A stretch of 64,000 bases of DNA, from the NCBI GenBank assembly GCA_965237525.1, contig CBDEFO010000003.1, positions 55,468 through 119,467 of the forward strand, read 5' to 3'. Below the pieces are notes generated by a model. That model had not been told where the DNA came from. It did no database searches and saw only the letters and a list, made by a program, of their open reading frames with translations. The position numbers and the translations under genes are program-made. Source of the DNA: Candidatus Latescibacterota bacterium (GTDB lineage Bacteria > Latescibacterota > CBDEFO01). This document shows positions 1 to 10,902 of this stretch, piece by piece. Each line of letters begins with the position of its first letter. Position 1 is the stretch's first letter.

Positions 1-400
1 GGTTCTCTTTGGTCACCAGAATCCGATCGCCGGCCGGTGCCCATAGCAACTTTTTACCGTTTTCGAGTTGAAAGTGCTTGGGCCACATCAGCAGGCGCTG
101 GCCTCCCGTCCAAGTCTTGCCTTCATCCTCTGAGCGCCAGATGCGCGTGTCGCCGCCCTGAATGAACAGTTCCTTACCGCGCCGAGCAATCGCTTCAATA
201 CCACCCTGCGGCCACGTGCTGATATCCGGCCAATCCTGCCAGGTTCGACCCTCATCGCCGCTGGCTATGGCGGATCCGGAGCCTATCAGAACTAGCTCTC
301 CATCCACACTGCGGTGAAAGTTCCACTGGCTCTTCCAGACATCGACTTCTTCTATGTAGAGTTCAAACACCGGCTGGATCGCTTGATCAGCGCTAGGCAC
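1..400 (-). CDS. BNR/Asp-box repeat protein (sialidase-like beta-propeller), C-terminal part runs off the window
   Basis: Hand translation of the reverse strand is open from about 436 down to base 1. It contains two Asp-box motifs S-x-D-x-G-x-T-W (ASGDEGRTW, RSEDEGKTW). It is absent from the ORF track because no stop lies inside the window. Start codon not fixed (GTG near 400 or 370). Confidence 0.5.
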   Translation of the reverse strand, partial: MPSADQAIQPVFELYIEEVDVWKSQWNFHRSVDGELVLIGSGSAIASGDEGRTWQDWPDISTWPQGGIEAIARRGKELFIQGGDTRIWRSEDEGKTWTGGQRLLMWPKHFQLENGKKLLWAPAGDRILVTKEN

Positions 401-692
401 ACCTACAGCCCCACGCTGTAAAACCCACCACGAAACTCAATACCATTAGCTGGATTATCATGAGATCACCTCACCTTGCAGAGAGGTTTGGTAGCTGGTC
501 ACAAGCGGAACCCCAAACCTTCCTTATTTACCATAATACAATAGCCTCAAGCATTTCCTCCGTCGCGGGAGTAATTATGCCCAGCTTTCAGCCCCCGTCC
601 ACCAACCATAGATATGCATCTGTGTGTGGCATCTACTTCTCTGTCCCGAGATAACGGGGACCAATCACTATCCTGACCCGCACTGCGGCAAA

Positions 693-2324
693 TCAAACAC
701 CTCGCAGCCCGATGTCAAACGACTCGCCCTTTGCACGCGCCTTGCAGTACTGATCACAATGCATCAAGGCGGTGTTCGCGCAGGCATTGTAACCCGGCCA
801 GTTCAGCCTGGACAGGGGCCGATCGAAGCGAAGATCGAATCCCCAAGTGGAAAACGCCCCGCTTTCCTGCTGGCCCCGAACGATCGCATTGGCCGCAGCG
901 ACGGCCTTATTGAAATACTCTTCCTTCTGCGTCGCCCGATGCAACGCAAGCAGCGCCAGCAGCCAGTTGCCGTTATGCGCCTCCATCGGGAACGGGCAGA
1001 CATATTGCTCGAGCACCATAGGCGTCGGCGTGATCAAGTTGGGACGCAGCGCCGAATTGCCAATATGGCCGTCGCCGACCGCGTACGAATCTCCCTCTTG
1101 CCAGATGACAAACTGGTCCTCGACCCATCGGTTCAGCTCCTCGGACGTCTCCAGGTAAGCCTGATCGTCCTCGCGATAGTGTACTAGGTAATTGATCGTC
1201 TCGTTGACAGCCCAGTTTTCCAGGTTGGAGTAAGGTGGTGCTTCCGGCATGTCCTCGAACATGCCCTCCCAGCGCCGCGTCTTTACCGGATTATTCATGA
1301 TCCACTGAATCGCTTTGCGCCGCGCCTTTTCGTACGCACTTTGCGGCTCGATCGCTTCAAGCAGGCCAAAGAAGCGAGCCTGCGTCGCCATATTCGAGGT
1401 GTACTCATGAACAATCGAACCATCTGCCGGATCGACGCGGAATGGCCATGACCCGTCGTCGCGCTGAATCTTCGCCAGCACGTTGGCCAGGTGCCGGGCA
1501 TATTCCAGGTATGCCTCGTCGCCGAAAGTCTCAAACAGGGCGATCATCACGATGCCAAGACGCGCTGCGCGGAAGATTGTATTTCCGTAGCCCTCTTCTT
1601 TCAGTACTCCGCCTTTAAGCACCGAGTATGGAAACAGGCTGCAGTACGACTCTTTCGGATGGCGACTGACCAAGAACCAATCACCAAACACTTTCGCCTG
1701 ACGTCTGGCTTCGCTTGCCATCTCATCATCGGGGAAATATTCACAGAAAGTCAGAAACGACCTGATGTGTCCAGCGCCGTTCAGGCAGGGACACGCCACG
1801 CTTGACCAACGCTGCCCCGTCACACTGTCCTCCATGCACGACCAGATGCCTCGCGGTAAACCTTTTTCGAAATCCTCTACACGATCCCGCGGCGGCGCCA
1901 GCAAATACTCCATGTTACGCCGCACGGCCGCAACCCAATCCAGCGGCTCGGCCCTGCGACCATCGTAGCCCTGCACCTTGTAGAAACTCTTCGTCTGAGA
2001 ATTGCACACTTCCGTTCCGTCAGCTCCGACGCCCAGGATCATCGCGTCGATCGGCCCGATCGGCAGTTGATCCCAGATATCTGACATATCAAACTGCGGC
2101 TGATCAACCTTGTAATCCTTCGCCTTCTGTTTCCCGATCGCCAGCTTTACAACATAGCCCGCAGCGTCCGGAATGGCGCCCCACGTCCACGTGGGCGCGG
2201 AAACAAAACGCGAAGACCAGACGTTCCAGCCTTCCAGCACGATGTTCACAATATTTCGGGCCGTAACTGGTCGGACGGTTGGAGCGCTTGTCCTTGTACC
2301 CGGTGCCTCCATCTGTGATTCCAT
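693..2324 (-). CDS. hypothetical protein, possibly (alpha/alpha)6-toroid glycoside-hydrolase-like
   Basis: 543-aa track ORF in a high-GC block with protein-like composition; overlapping ORFs in other frames are Arg/Pro/Ala-rich GC artefacts. Trp/Tyr/Asp-rich text (GSWPFRVDPADG, GNWLLALLALH) hints at a toroid fold, but I recognise no diagnostic motif. Confidence 0.5.
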   Translation of the reverse strand: MESQMEAPGTRTSAPTVRPVTARNIVNIVLEGWNVWSSRFVSAPTWTWGAIPDAAGYVVKLAIGKQKAKDYKVDQPQFDMSDIWDQLPIGPIDAMILGVGADGTEVCNSQTKSFYKVQGYDGRRAEPLDWVAAVRRNMEYLLAPPRDRVEDFEKGLPRGIWSCMEDSVTGQRWSSVACPCLNGAGHIRSFLTFCEYFPDDEMASEARRQAKVFGDWFLVSRHPKESYCSLFPYSVLKGGVLKEEGYGNTIFRAARLGIVMIALFETFGDEAYLEYARHLANVLAKIQRDDGSWPFRVDPADGSIVHEYTSNMATQARFFGLLEAIEPQSAYEKARRKAIQWIMNNPVKTRRWEGMFEDMPEAPPYSNLENWAVNETINYLVHYREDDQAYLETSEELNRWVEDQFVIWQEGDSYAVGDGHIGNSALRPNLITPTPMVLEQYVCPFPMEAHNGNWLLALLALHRATQKEEYFNKAVAAANAIVRGQQESGAFSTWGFDLRFDRPLSRLNWPGYNACANTALMHCDQYCKARAKGESFDIGLRGV

Positions 2325-2611
2325 GTCAGTCTCCTGTATTCCTGGATCCCGCGCATACCCCGGTGGCGAGCACCTCGTCGTAGCGCCAAGTGAACCGCCA
2401 GCTACTGGTGGGGCTTGTCAACGGTGGCGATCAGCAGCAGACGATTGTTCGCGGGAATGCAAAGTGTCCGATGGTTGCCGCCAGGATCATGCTTGAAAAT
2501 TGCAAAATGAAAGATCGGGCCAGCCGTCGTGGTTGAAAGCAGCCACCATCATCCCGAGCGCTGACGCCTACAGGGCAGAGAACGTCGGAATAGAAGTCCG
2601 ATACTTAGGGC

Positions 2612-3088
2612 TCAGACCTTCAGGTCCACCCCAGTAGATGAAACCCTAACCACAGGATCGGGCACCCACATATAATTGAGTATGATAACGTCTGTATAAC
2701 CCTCACCATCCAAGTCGCTTACGCACTGTGAAGATGAATGCCGCGTGGGCAACATTAATCTTGCGTCAGGACTCGGCTTGCCATCTGGCTGAAGATAGAC
2801 CCATGATGGCTCGTATTCTATCAGATCGTGCGAGTTACCGAAATACAGATCGATATCCCCGTCGTTATTGACGTCCCACGTGCGTATCATCTGAGCGCGC
2901 TCACCGCAAGACACATAGAAGTTCGCACCCGCCGCGTCAAAAGCACCCTTCGAGAAGTCCTCCCCGATTGAACCTATCGGGGAAGCCGCTAGTAACCCAA
3001 GAGGCTCTCTCGGACCTGAGATATTGCGGCGCAGAGCAGCAGTGACGTCAAGACAAGTGTATTTTTCAGCCTTTTGTGTCCTTGCCAA
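2612..3088 (-). CDS. FG-GAP/VCBS (ASPIC/UnbV-type) repeat protein, probably a fragment
   Basis: WDVNNDGDIDLYFGNS and DLDGEGYTDVII are FG-GAP-type Ca-binding loops. The ORF is only 158 aa, and downstream reverse frames still read repeat-like text (IFKHDPGGNHR), so truncation or a frameshift is likely. Confidence 0.45.
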   Translation of the reverse strand: MARTQKAEKYTCLDVTAALRRNISGPREPLGLLAASPIGSIGEDFSKGAFDAAGANFYVSCGERAQMIRTWDVNNDGDIDLYFGNSHDLIEYEPSWVYLQPDGKPSPDARLMLPTRHSSSQCVSDLDGEGYTDVIILNYMWVPDPVVRVSSTGVDLKV

Positions 3089-3167
3089 ATTCCCGTCTGG
3101 TCAAGGCACCCAGCCGATCGTTAAGCGTTCGCTCTGGTTTGCGTCGACCATGTGGGAAGACGATCAC

Positions 3168-4040
3168 CTACTGCATTGCATGCACCTCGTCTGCAATGGT
3201 TTTGGCACCGTCAAAGATGTGGCCGACTTCTTCGCCCAGCGCGAACCACTTCATGCCCTTTGCGCGCCACTCCCTGACTTGATCCAGATCGGTCCCGATC
3301 GAGCAGCCGACATGCAGTCCAGCCTCGACTCCTTTCGTGATGACAGTGTCAATCGCTTCGAGAACTTCAGGGTCGGTGTGCTGGCCGAGCTTGTTCAGCG
3401 TCCCGGAGAGGTCGTTGCGGCCAAGGCTGAGCCCGTCGAGCCCCGGTATACGCGTGATCGCATCCAGATCCCGCACGGCTTGAATCGTCTCGATGTGTGC
3501 GAAGACCATGATCTGTTCGTCGGCCGTCTCCAGGTGTTCGGCCATGGAGTTCTTCCCGTACATGTTGCGGATCGGCCCGAATCCGCGGTTGCCCTTCGGT
3601 GGATACTTGCATGCCTTAACCATCTCCGACGTCTGGTCGGCTGACTCGAGCATGGAAACGATGATTCCCGCCGGCGCCAGGTCCAGGAACGGCTTGATCA
3701 GATTCCGATCGGGATGGGAGATCCGCACAAGCGGAGCCGTTTGCGTACCGCGACAGGCCATGATATGTCCCATCGCGTCCGAAAGGCCCATGTGGGAGTG
3801 TTCCATCTCGATCCAGAGAAAGTCGTTGCCGGCCTCCGCAGCCAGCTCGCTTACTAATGGATCACACAGTTGCACCGACGTGCCGACGCAGATCTTGTTT
3901 TCGTCGAGCCTCTTACGGAACCGCTCGACATTATTAACGGAACTCATCAGGGGTGCCTCCACTGGAATGGGTTTGAATTTGACGACATAAGAGCAGGCTT
4001 TACGGAGCCGAATGAGCTGACCTCCTGGATCATAGGGCAC
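3168..4040 (-). CDS. HpcH/HpaI family aldolase (2-keto-3-deoxy-acid aldolase type)
   Basis: The track ORF reads WIEMEHS, KYPPKGNRGFG, FAHIETIQAV and GLDGLSLGRNDLS, typical of HpcH/HpaI-CitE fold aldolases. The real start is more likely the internal Met at about 3947 (MSSVNNVERF). Confidence 0.8.
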   Translation of the reverse strand: MPYDPGGQLIRLRKACSYVVKFKPIPVEAPLMSSVNNVERFRKRLDENKICVGTSVQLCDPLVSELAAEAGNDFLWIEMEHSHMGLSDAMGHIMACRGTQTAPLVRISHPDRNLIKPFLDLAPAGIIVSMLESADQTSEMVKACKYPPKGNRGFGPIRNMYGKNSMAEHLETADEQIMVFAHIETIQAVRDLDAITRIPGLDGLSLGRNDLSGTLNKLGQHTDPEVLEAIDTVITKGVEAGLHVGCSIGTDLDQVREWRAKGMKWFALGEEVGHIFDGAKTIADEVHAMQ

Positions 4041-4852
4041 CCGCGGCTAACAGCTCGTTGATAGCTGATGTGTCCTCTGCCTTGCTTACGCGGCGGAGCC
4101 ACCGCTCGTACAGAGTTGTGACGTCATATGCCTTGCCTACTTAGCTAGACTATAGTTGGACTTCTGTGCTTGAATGGGATCCACCCTGTGGCAGCAGAGA
4201 TGTTTGAGGGCAGCGTCTCAATAGGTATCAGGTAAGGACTTAGATGTGCGGGATTGAATCCTTGGCCTCTCCGCCACCGACATCAGGACCTCCTGCGAAA
4301 GCTCTTACTTTTGGGCACAGTTTTGAGACAACGCTTTCAAACCGTTGAGACGTGAGAACCTCTGTGTGTAAGAAATCTATTTTAACTATGTTAGGTAAGG
4401 TAATCTTAGCAAAGCTGTTTCTACTAGTTCGTATACATTTATGCGCTTTTCGATGGTTTTCCAAACGATTTGGGAACTGTGTGGGCAATGTATTAGGTAT
4501 CTTGTCAGATCTCATCTGGTTTTTCATGCCTGAAAAAGATAGAGATTTGCCTTTGAGAAGTCAAGCTAAAATTTGTTCTTCCTCCTCAAAGTCCACCAAG
4601 TCTCTCCGAGCAAGTACTCATTCAAGTTTACGCACAGACTTACATACTACCCCAGGTTGTTTAGTTGTTGTCGAAATCGAAGGGAGCGACAGTCCATATT
4701 AGGTTCTATCCGGTCATCATGTTTGGAGTGCGCGGCCGTTAGTTAGCGTTCAACGCACGGGGAATAGATGAGAGTCCAGTACAGACTACCTGCCAGGTTA
4801 AGTCCATCAGCAGGGCGAAGACGTTTTCTCGGATGTCTCTGATGAAAAAGTC

Positions 4853-5242
4853 TTGAAAGGGGCTCTGTACGCCTGGTCTGAGGTAGTTGCCAGGGGACTC
4901 AGGCGAAAGCGACTGACGTGTCGCACAGTCAGATTGAAGTTGCGCTGGCCCGATTTTTCGACCCTGAAGAGGCAAGCTACCATGAGAGATCCTACCGATC
5001 TGGATGAGGTGATCTATGCTGAAGTGGTTCGTCTCTTTGAACGATATTGGATTCCGGGACAGCCAGTGAGGTTGTTAGGCGTAGGTGTAAGAAACTTGAG
5101 TGGAGATACGCGTCAATTGAAGCTGTGGGATGAGGAGATAGAAAAGAAAGAGCGCTTGCAAGAAGCAGTCGACTCACTACGTAAGCGATTTGGGGAAAGG
5201 GCAGTTAGGTCATGTAGAGCAATGATGAGAGGAGACATTTGA
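4853..5242 (+). pseudogene. dinB: DNA polymerase IV (DinB) C-terminal little-finger fragment
   Basis: The 129-aa ORF reads CRTVRLKLRWPDFSTLKRQATM...PVRLLGVGVRNLSGDTRQLKLWD. This matches the DinB C-terminus pattern (GRTVTLK..DF...R...VRL.GV.VS.L...QL.LF). No catalytic palm/finger region lies upstream, and the frame is closed by stops. Confidence 0.6.
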
Positions 5243-5385
5243 CATCTGTCTATCTTCCTTGAATCATCGCTATACTAGGTTACTTCTATACTCGTTTGAG
5301 TCTCTGTCATTAGGGGTTTCGGCACTTCCGGCTAACCCAAAGCTATCCGACTATCCAAGCGCACCTTTTGAAACTCCTAAAAGCC

Positions 5386-6418
5386 CTAATCCCGCCAGTC
5401 GAAAATGACGCCCAACATGGACTTCTCTCTGCGGTAGGCCATCTCGTAGACCTGGGCCATCTCCGTATAGTGGAAGCGGTGAGTGATCAGGCGTTTGGGC
5501 TCCAGGCGACCCTCTTCCATCAGGGAGAGAATATAGGCACAGTCCCGATCCGCTGCGAAGCGGTCTTCCACCATAGTAGCGTATTGGGTGTCGTTCGGGT
5601 ATAAATAACCCGCTGATCCCGAGACAGCGATCAGTGAAATACCTTTGATATAGAAAAGATCCATAGCCAACGGATTAAAATCCAGCGGGGTCTCTCCGCG
5701 ACCGAGGAGGCTGACGATGGAAACGCGACCGTTTGGCCGCACGATCTGCAGGGCTGTACGGTAAGCAGGCCAGGGATTCGCAGTGAGGATAACCAGGTCG
5801 AGGCCCACGCCGTCAGTAAAGGTGTCCAGCTTTGCTTCGAGGTCAGGATCGTCGGACATGTAGGCGGCATGAGCACCCATCCGATCTGCCATTTCCAGGC
5901 GGATGGGGCTATTGCCAAGACTCACCACACGGGCTCCGAAGAGCGGGCCGAGAGCAACCGCACCCAGACCGAGCACACCCCAGACCGACGACCGCTACAT
6001 TTTCCCCCGGTTGGAAATGGGCTTTACGATAACAGAGGGAGCTGAGAGCGTAGAGGTGGGCAAAGACAGCATCCTCTGAATCCACGCCATCCGGGACTTT
6101 GACCATGCTGGCTGCCTGGTCGGTTATGTATTCGGATTGATGAGGCTGCCTGGTCACCACTCGATCTCCCACCTGAAAACGGGTGACCTGTTTGCCCACA
6201 TCCTTCACAATGCCCAGATTGCTGTCGCCGACCCATCTGGGGTAGTCGGGTGCGCCCGGGACCCTTTCGGCTCCTTCGTAGTTGCCGCGGTCGGTACCGA
6301 TTTTAAAAGCGGAAATCTGAGTCTTGATCCAGATTTCGTCTGGCTTCAGATTGTCAGTGTTCAGGGACTGCTCCTCAAGGCGAAGGTCTCTCGGACCGTG
6401 AAGAATAGCAATTTTCAT
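5386..6418 (-). pseudogene. Zn-dependent medium-chain alcohol dehydrogenase, single-base frameshift
   Basis: Track ORFs 5909-6451 and 5386-5976 are the N- and C-halves of one MDR dehydrogenase (MKIAILHG...GENVAVVGLG | VLGLGAVALGPLFGARVV...). They join at a C4/G4 run near 5978-5981, where one extra base shifts the frame. AAGGAG lies 7 nt before the ATG at 6418. Confidence 0.7.
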
Positions 6419-6467
6419 GGGGGATCTCCTTAGCCCGAATAATTCACACAAAAAGGCCGTGTATTAA

Positions 6468-7986
6468 AAGCCTTGTGAAATAGTTATGTCCCAGGCAGCG
6501 TCTGAAGCGCCGATTATGGGTCAAAGAGTAGCATATCGTATCGTTTTGCTGTGGAATAAGCAAAATAGTCTTATCAGAGTTCTGGTCAGCAAGGAACAGG
6601 AGCTGTTTGAAGAACAGGATGCACTGTCTTTGACAGACAGGGCACACATAGACGCTTTCCCCCTTCTTATGAAAGATACAAGCCTCTTGAGATTCTGTAC
6701 TGTTGCAACAAGATTCAACTGTTCATTCAGTGAGGCTGGTCCTCTGTAACGGGCTCGTCCCATACCGTATTGTTGCCTGGCTTCAGCAAAGATATGTTCA
6801 CTGCGTTTACGGAGTCTCCGGGAGAGTTTGTAGTCAGCTGTTAATGAGATAGACCGTGCATGATTTCTGGCTTTCGCCTCTCGCACTTTTCTATCCCGTT
6901 CGGCCTGAATATGTGCTGAATTTGTCTTGTTTTTCCATGTAGGAATCGGTTCAATCTTCTCATCGGCTCGCAGAGGAATATGGGGTATGATTCCCCGGTC
7001 AAGTACATCAGCGATAAAATTACCAGAACCGTAACCGGTATCGGCACTAAGTGTCTGAATGTCTTTGGGCATGGTCTATGTTTCAAGGTCATCTACCATC
7101 TTAAGGGCACTTTCGGGCTCTGCTGTCCCTGTCGCCTGCGTGCCCTGAGTCTCAAGGATTACTCTGCTTTTTGTGTCGATCAGATCATGGCCCATAAACG
7201 AGAGAAAAGCCCCTTTGCCCTTCGATTTGCTGTATAAGCGCGCGTCGGGGTCTGTAGTCGAACGGTGTGTTTGGTTCGTCCACTTTTCACCATGAAAGTC
7301 TTTATCCTGAGGATGCCCGGACCTACCCTTTGTCTTATCACCTTCAAAACCGATTCCCTTGAGATAATCATCAAGAGAAAAAGGGGGTTCTATCGGCTCA
7401 ATACTTTTCACTGAAGCATCAGCTTGTATCTGAGTGCCGTCGACACTAAGGTGTTTACCGCTCACAACACCGACATCTATGCAACACTGGACTACCTGAC
7501 GCATTATCCGTTCAAACAACCCACTGGATGCCCACTTGTGATTGCGAAGCTTGTTGATCGTGCTCCTATCCGGAACCGCATCATCAAATGTCTGATGACA
7601 AAACAACCGATATGCCGCATGCATCCCCACTTCCTGACAGAGCCGATTCTCACTCAAATTATACAGATAGCCAATAAGGATCATTCGAACAACTAATTCA
7701 GGATCAATACCGGGTCTGCCATTGTCAGGGCAATAACAATCTGATACAACGTCTCGTACAAATGAAAAATCAACTGCCTCATCAATCTGACGAAGGATAT
7801 GATCCTCGGGAACTAAATCCTCCATCTGAAAATAGTGAAACATCGGATTTGTCTGTTCCTGCTTTTGTGGGGTCATTGTTTCCTCCATGTATAATATTAT
7901 CAATAACATAATATAATACATCGGAGCTGCTTTATCAATGCTTGTTCTATACTACTTTCTGAATCTAAGGGTTTTTCACAAGGCTT
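6468..7986 (-). mobile_element. IS element copy 1 (1519 bp, IS1182/IS5-superfamily-like)
   Basis: Perfect 13-bp terminal inverted repeats AAGCCTTGTGAAA / TTTCACAAGGCTT. Flanked by a TTAA direct repeat (6464-6467 and 7987-7990). Same unit as 23418-24936, 32652-34170 and 37599-39117. Confidence 0.9.
6521..7921 (-). pseudogene. IS transposase with premature stop
   Basis: Same frame as the 466-aa transposase of the other copies. C at 7076 (G in the other copies) changes Tyr TAC to TAG (DDLET* then TMPKDIQ). This splits it into the 281-aa and 183-aa track ORFs. Confidence 0.85.
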
Positions 7987-8033
7987 TTAATTAAGGGATT
8001 GTATTATAGTTATGCCGTTTAACCACGTTCGGT

Positions 8034-8154
8034 GTCATTGCGAGCCGAAGGCGAAGCAATCTCGATTCTGTGGTAGATGTAATACTCTCGGGCTCTCATA
8101 GGAGACCACTATAAAACCTTGAGATTGCTTCGTCGCTTTGTTCCTCGCAATGAC
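8034..8154. repeat. GTCATTGCGAG...AAGCAATCTC inverted-repeat element
   Basis: GTCATTGCGAGCCGAAGGCGAAGCAATCTC at 8034 pairs with GAGATTGCTTCGTCGCTTTGTTCCTCGCAATGAC at 8121. Related copies occur at 9394-9500 and 58439-58482. Confidence 0.6.
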
Positions 8155-8935
8155 TCCACTAAGTTTATGAATTAATCGGGTTAGGGTCTCTACTCCATCG
8201 GGCCCTTCTTTAACTCATCTGATACCAGCATTGCCACCGCGTGTTGATACAAAGGCTATCTTACTCCCGTCCGGGACCAAGAAAGGTGGCAGTACATGTA
8301 ACCCTCCATGTAGTCGGCAATCGGGCCTGGCGTGCCCCTTCAGCGCTCATCACATAAATTACCCTTTTTCCAGCATAGCATGACACAAAAGACGATCTTG
8401 GTTTTGAAAAGATTCTGTGCAAGGCAGATGCATTCAAAGGAACTCGCAGGATCATAATAGTATAGAAGACTTTCCATATCATCATTAGAGATTCCCTTTC
8501 TTCGACAAACTATATAGTGAATCTATGGCAGGGTGAGCTTATGTTCGAGAGGAAAGATACAAAGGTACGATACCGATCAATTTGGTGGGATGATACAAAA
8601 TAAGACGGCGGACGTCAATCAAATTGTTCGGTGAAGGGCTCACAACAAAATCCTACTCTTTACAGTGAAGCACATGCCTTGTACCGTAGTTACCACCGCT
8701 GGTGTCCAAATAGTGTCCATACCCTGCAAAAAGTGGTTCGGACAAACCAGTTACTTCACCCACAATCGTTCTGTTTATCCGTGCACTAATTTTTCAAAAG
8801 AATCGGAGCAGATGCGAGGCAATGTTGACCTTGCATTTCCCACTAGTTTCTACGAGATCTCTACTGTAACAGGCTGGAACATCACAAAGTAACACGAAAC
8901 AGGAAGGAAAACCCTGAGCAGTCTGGCAGACAATA

Positions 8936-8967
8936 GGTCAGGGGTTCGATCCCCCTCAGTTCCACCA
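8936..8967 (+). other. orphan tRNA/tmRNA-like 3' end (T-arm, acceptor 3' strand, encoded CCA)
   Basis: GGTC-AGGGG-TTCGATC-CCCCT-CAGTTCC-A-CCA gives a 5-bp T-stem, a canonical 7-nt T-loop, a 7-nt acceptor strand, a discriminator and CCA. I find no matching 5' acceptor strand, D-arm or anticodon arm in the preceding 400 nt. Confidence 0.4.
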
Positions 8968-9072
8968 ATTGACAATGATGACTGAACTTTATACCCCTTT
9001 TCGGACACAGATAATATAAGCTGTCCGATCGGGGGGGGTACTTTGCCCCTACGTTTATCAGAACTTACCTTT

Positions 9073-9284
9073 TTATCTACTATTTTTCATCTCGAAATAT
9101 CCCACGGTCCAGCTTCCCAGGATGCCAAAGATTGTGGTGACTGTGCTACCCAGGGATAGGAGGGGCAGGCCTACAAAGCGTGGCCCACAGTACATCCTCC
9201 CGCCAGAGATCCACTAACACCTAAAAAGAGCCCGTCCGTAAACGCCTGCAACGCCTCCTTTCCCGTGATCTCATTGAAGGACAT
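9073..9284 (-). pseudogene. YeeE/YedE (sulfur-transport)-like C-terminal fragment with frameshift
   Basis: Hand translation gives MSFNEITGKEALQAFTDGLFLGVSGSLAGGCTVGHAL*. After a 1-nt shift it continues VGLPLLSLGSTVTTIFGILGSWTVGYFEMKNSR*. The GGCxxGH...G..LLS.GS pattern is as in YeeE/YedE repeats. The rest of the gene is absent. Confidence 0.35.
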
Positions 9285-9393
9285 CTTTCTCTTCGCCTTG
9301 TGCTACTATATGCCCCGTTTGAGTAGTGGCCCTACCTAGCTGCTGACTACTGGGCGAGTGAACCTAGCTCCTGCATTCTGTATACTCAAAACC

Positions 9394-9500
9394 GAGATTG
9401 CTTCGCTTTTCTCGCAATGACAGATGGCAGAAGGTGTCATTGTGAGGAGGTTCACCCGAGGGGCTCGGCTCTTACCTTTCGTCATTGCTCGTTTGCTGGG
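9394..9500. repeat. GTCATTGCGAG-type repeat cluster
   Basis: GAGATTGCTTCGCTTTTCTCGCAATGAC (9394), GTCATTGTGAGGAGG (9435) and GTCATTGCTCG (9481). The 85-aa track ORF 9336-9593 is just a translation of these repeats. Confidence 0.55.
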
Positions 9501-9960
9501 AGCTTCACAATTGCCCTCGGTATCCGTTCCGTGACGATAGCCAATGGGATGGGTCTTCAAAACCTCTGAGGGTAGCCGGTGAAGCCATATCACTTGAGGC
9601 GCCCGGTCACGTGGAAATCCATAACTTACAAGTCAAGTCAGCGTGAGAGGAACACTTAACTTCTTCCAACGCCTTCTGTCAACTCTGAGCCAGAAATACG
9701 GGATCGCGATGGAGCCTCGACGGTTGAGGCTGGATTCACCTACCGTGTTTCTTGGTGCTGAGAAACGCAAACACCACTCCGAAGGTTCTATCTATGTTAC
9801 TTGCTTGGGGTGAGAAATGGTTCGCGGTTACACTTCAAGAACTCAGTATAGCGGTCATTCAAGTCACAAAGACCAATACTTCTTCGGGCTCCATCTTGTA
9901 GCTTTCAGTGTGATCAACCTCTGCTATTGCTCCCGTGACACAGTCTCGCTTATCAGGTAT

Positions 9961-10379
9961 TCACTTGTCCATAGATCTGATTCTTGCGGACAGGACTGTT
10001 GCTATGTTTGTCATGACTTTAAGTGCGGCCTTCGGCTCCTCTTGGGCGAATTTGTCGTATTCTTCCTATTGAATATAAGGATCTGGGAGTCCACAGCAGC
10101 TTTTGCTTTGCCACTGCGGGCTCGGGTGTCTACGAACGCCATATCTCCGAACATATGCCCTTGGTGCATTGAAATCACAAACTTCATGCCTTCGCCTCTA
10201 TTTATCTGTATGTCCACAACCCCTGATCTAACAATAAAGAGGGCGTCATTTAGCTCTCCCTGTTCGAAGACTTTTTCGCCCGCAGTGTATTCCACGTCCC
10301 TTGCTAGTCCTGCTAACTTATCCGCTTCTTCATCGTTCAGGCCTCGGCCTAAATCTGTGGCTCTCAGAAATTCAGTCAT
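9961..10379 (-). pseudogene. cyclic-nucleotide-binding domain protein, single-base frameshift
   Basis: Track ORF 10011-10424 carries a cNMP-binding beta-roll (FEQGE..DALFIV.SG.V, FGDMAF...RSG.A.A). Near 10060 a missing base shifts the frame. The restored frame reads RKEYDKFAQEEPKAALKVMTNIATVLSARIRSMDK* and ends at 9961. Likely start is MTEFLRATDL at 10379. Confidence 0.6.
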
Positions 10380-10622
10380 GTCGTTCACATGTACCCCCAG
10401 TTTGAAAGAGGAGACTTGTACCATTTTCTCATCTGGGAGGGGAACACCTACTAAACCATCTCCTCAAATTTTGAAAATATTGACCTCCTCACGTGTCCGT
10501 CACGCTTCACTACTAAAACTTTCAATATGTTATTCAACTGCGATATACAAAAGACTTTTCAAGTTCAAGAGCTAAATCTTACTTTGGTATCCCTATTCTT
10601 CAGGCATTACTACATTCTTCCC

Positions 10623-10902
10623 TCAAGTTGCGATAAAGCCCTGACGTTCTAATCTCTTCAGGACTCTGGAGAATATCTTTCTCGTCGTTGCTGACATATT
10701 AGCTAGTTCCTGATGGATCGGACGGTTCTATAGCATTATCCCATCTTGAACGCTCACTCGGTGGACACAAGCCAATTGTGTCGGTTCTACTCCGTTCGGC
10801 AAGTACGATAATTGTAGCATATATCTCTGCTTCTATAAATACTACAGCAGTATACAAGAAATCCAGAATACTGTCAAGTCTTTTTTGTCGGAGCAGTATC
10901 AT
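10623..10902 (-). pseudogene. Crp/Fnr-type regulator C-terminal (HTH) remnant
   Basis: A short frame at 10623-10697 reads MSATTRKIFSRVLKRLERQGFIAT*, the recognition-helix text of Crp/Fnr HTH domains. The adjoining track ORF 10699-10902 lies in another frame. No intact N-terminal sensor domain is attached. Confidence 0.35.

Noticed and set aside
4240-4300. A tRNA-like T-arm (GGATTCAATCC / GGGATTGAATCC)
   Set aside because: The flanking bases do not form a T-stem on either strand, and no acceptor or anticodon arms can be drawn.
8560-8967. A complete tmRNA (ssrA) gene ending at the CCA at 8967
   Set aside because: There is no 5' GGGGCUG-type acceptor partner and no UUCGAC-like 5' motif. No tag reading frame ends in ..ALAA-stop, and I could trace no pseudoknot-like pairing. 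Only the last about 32 nt look tRNA-like.
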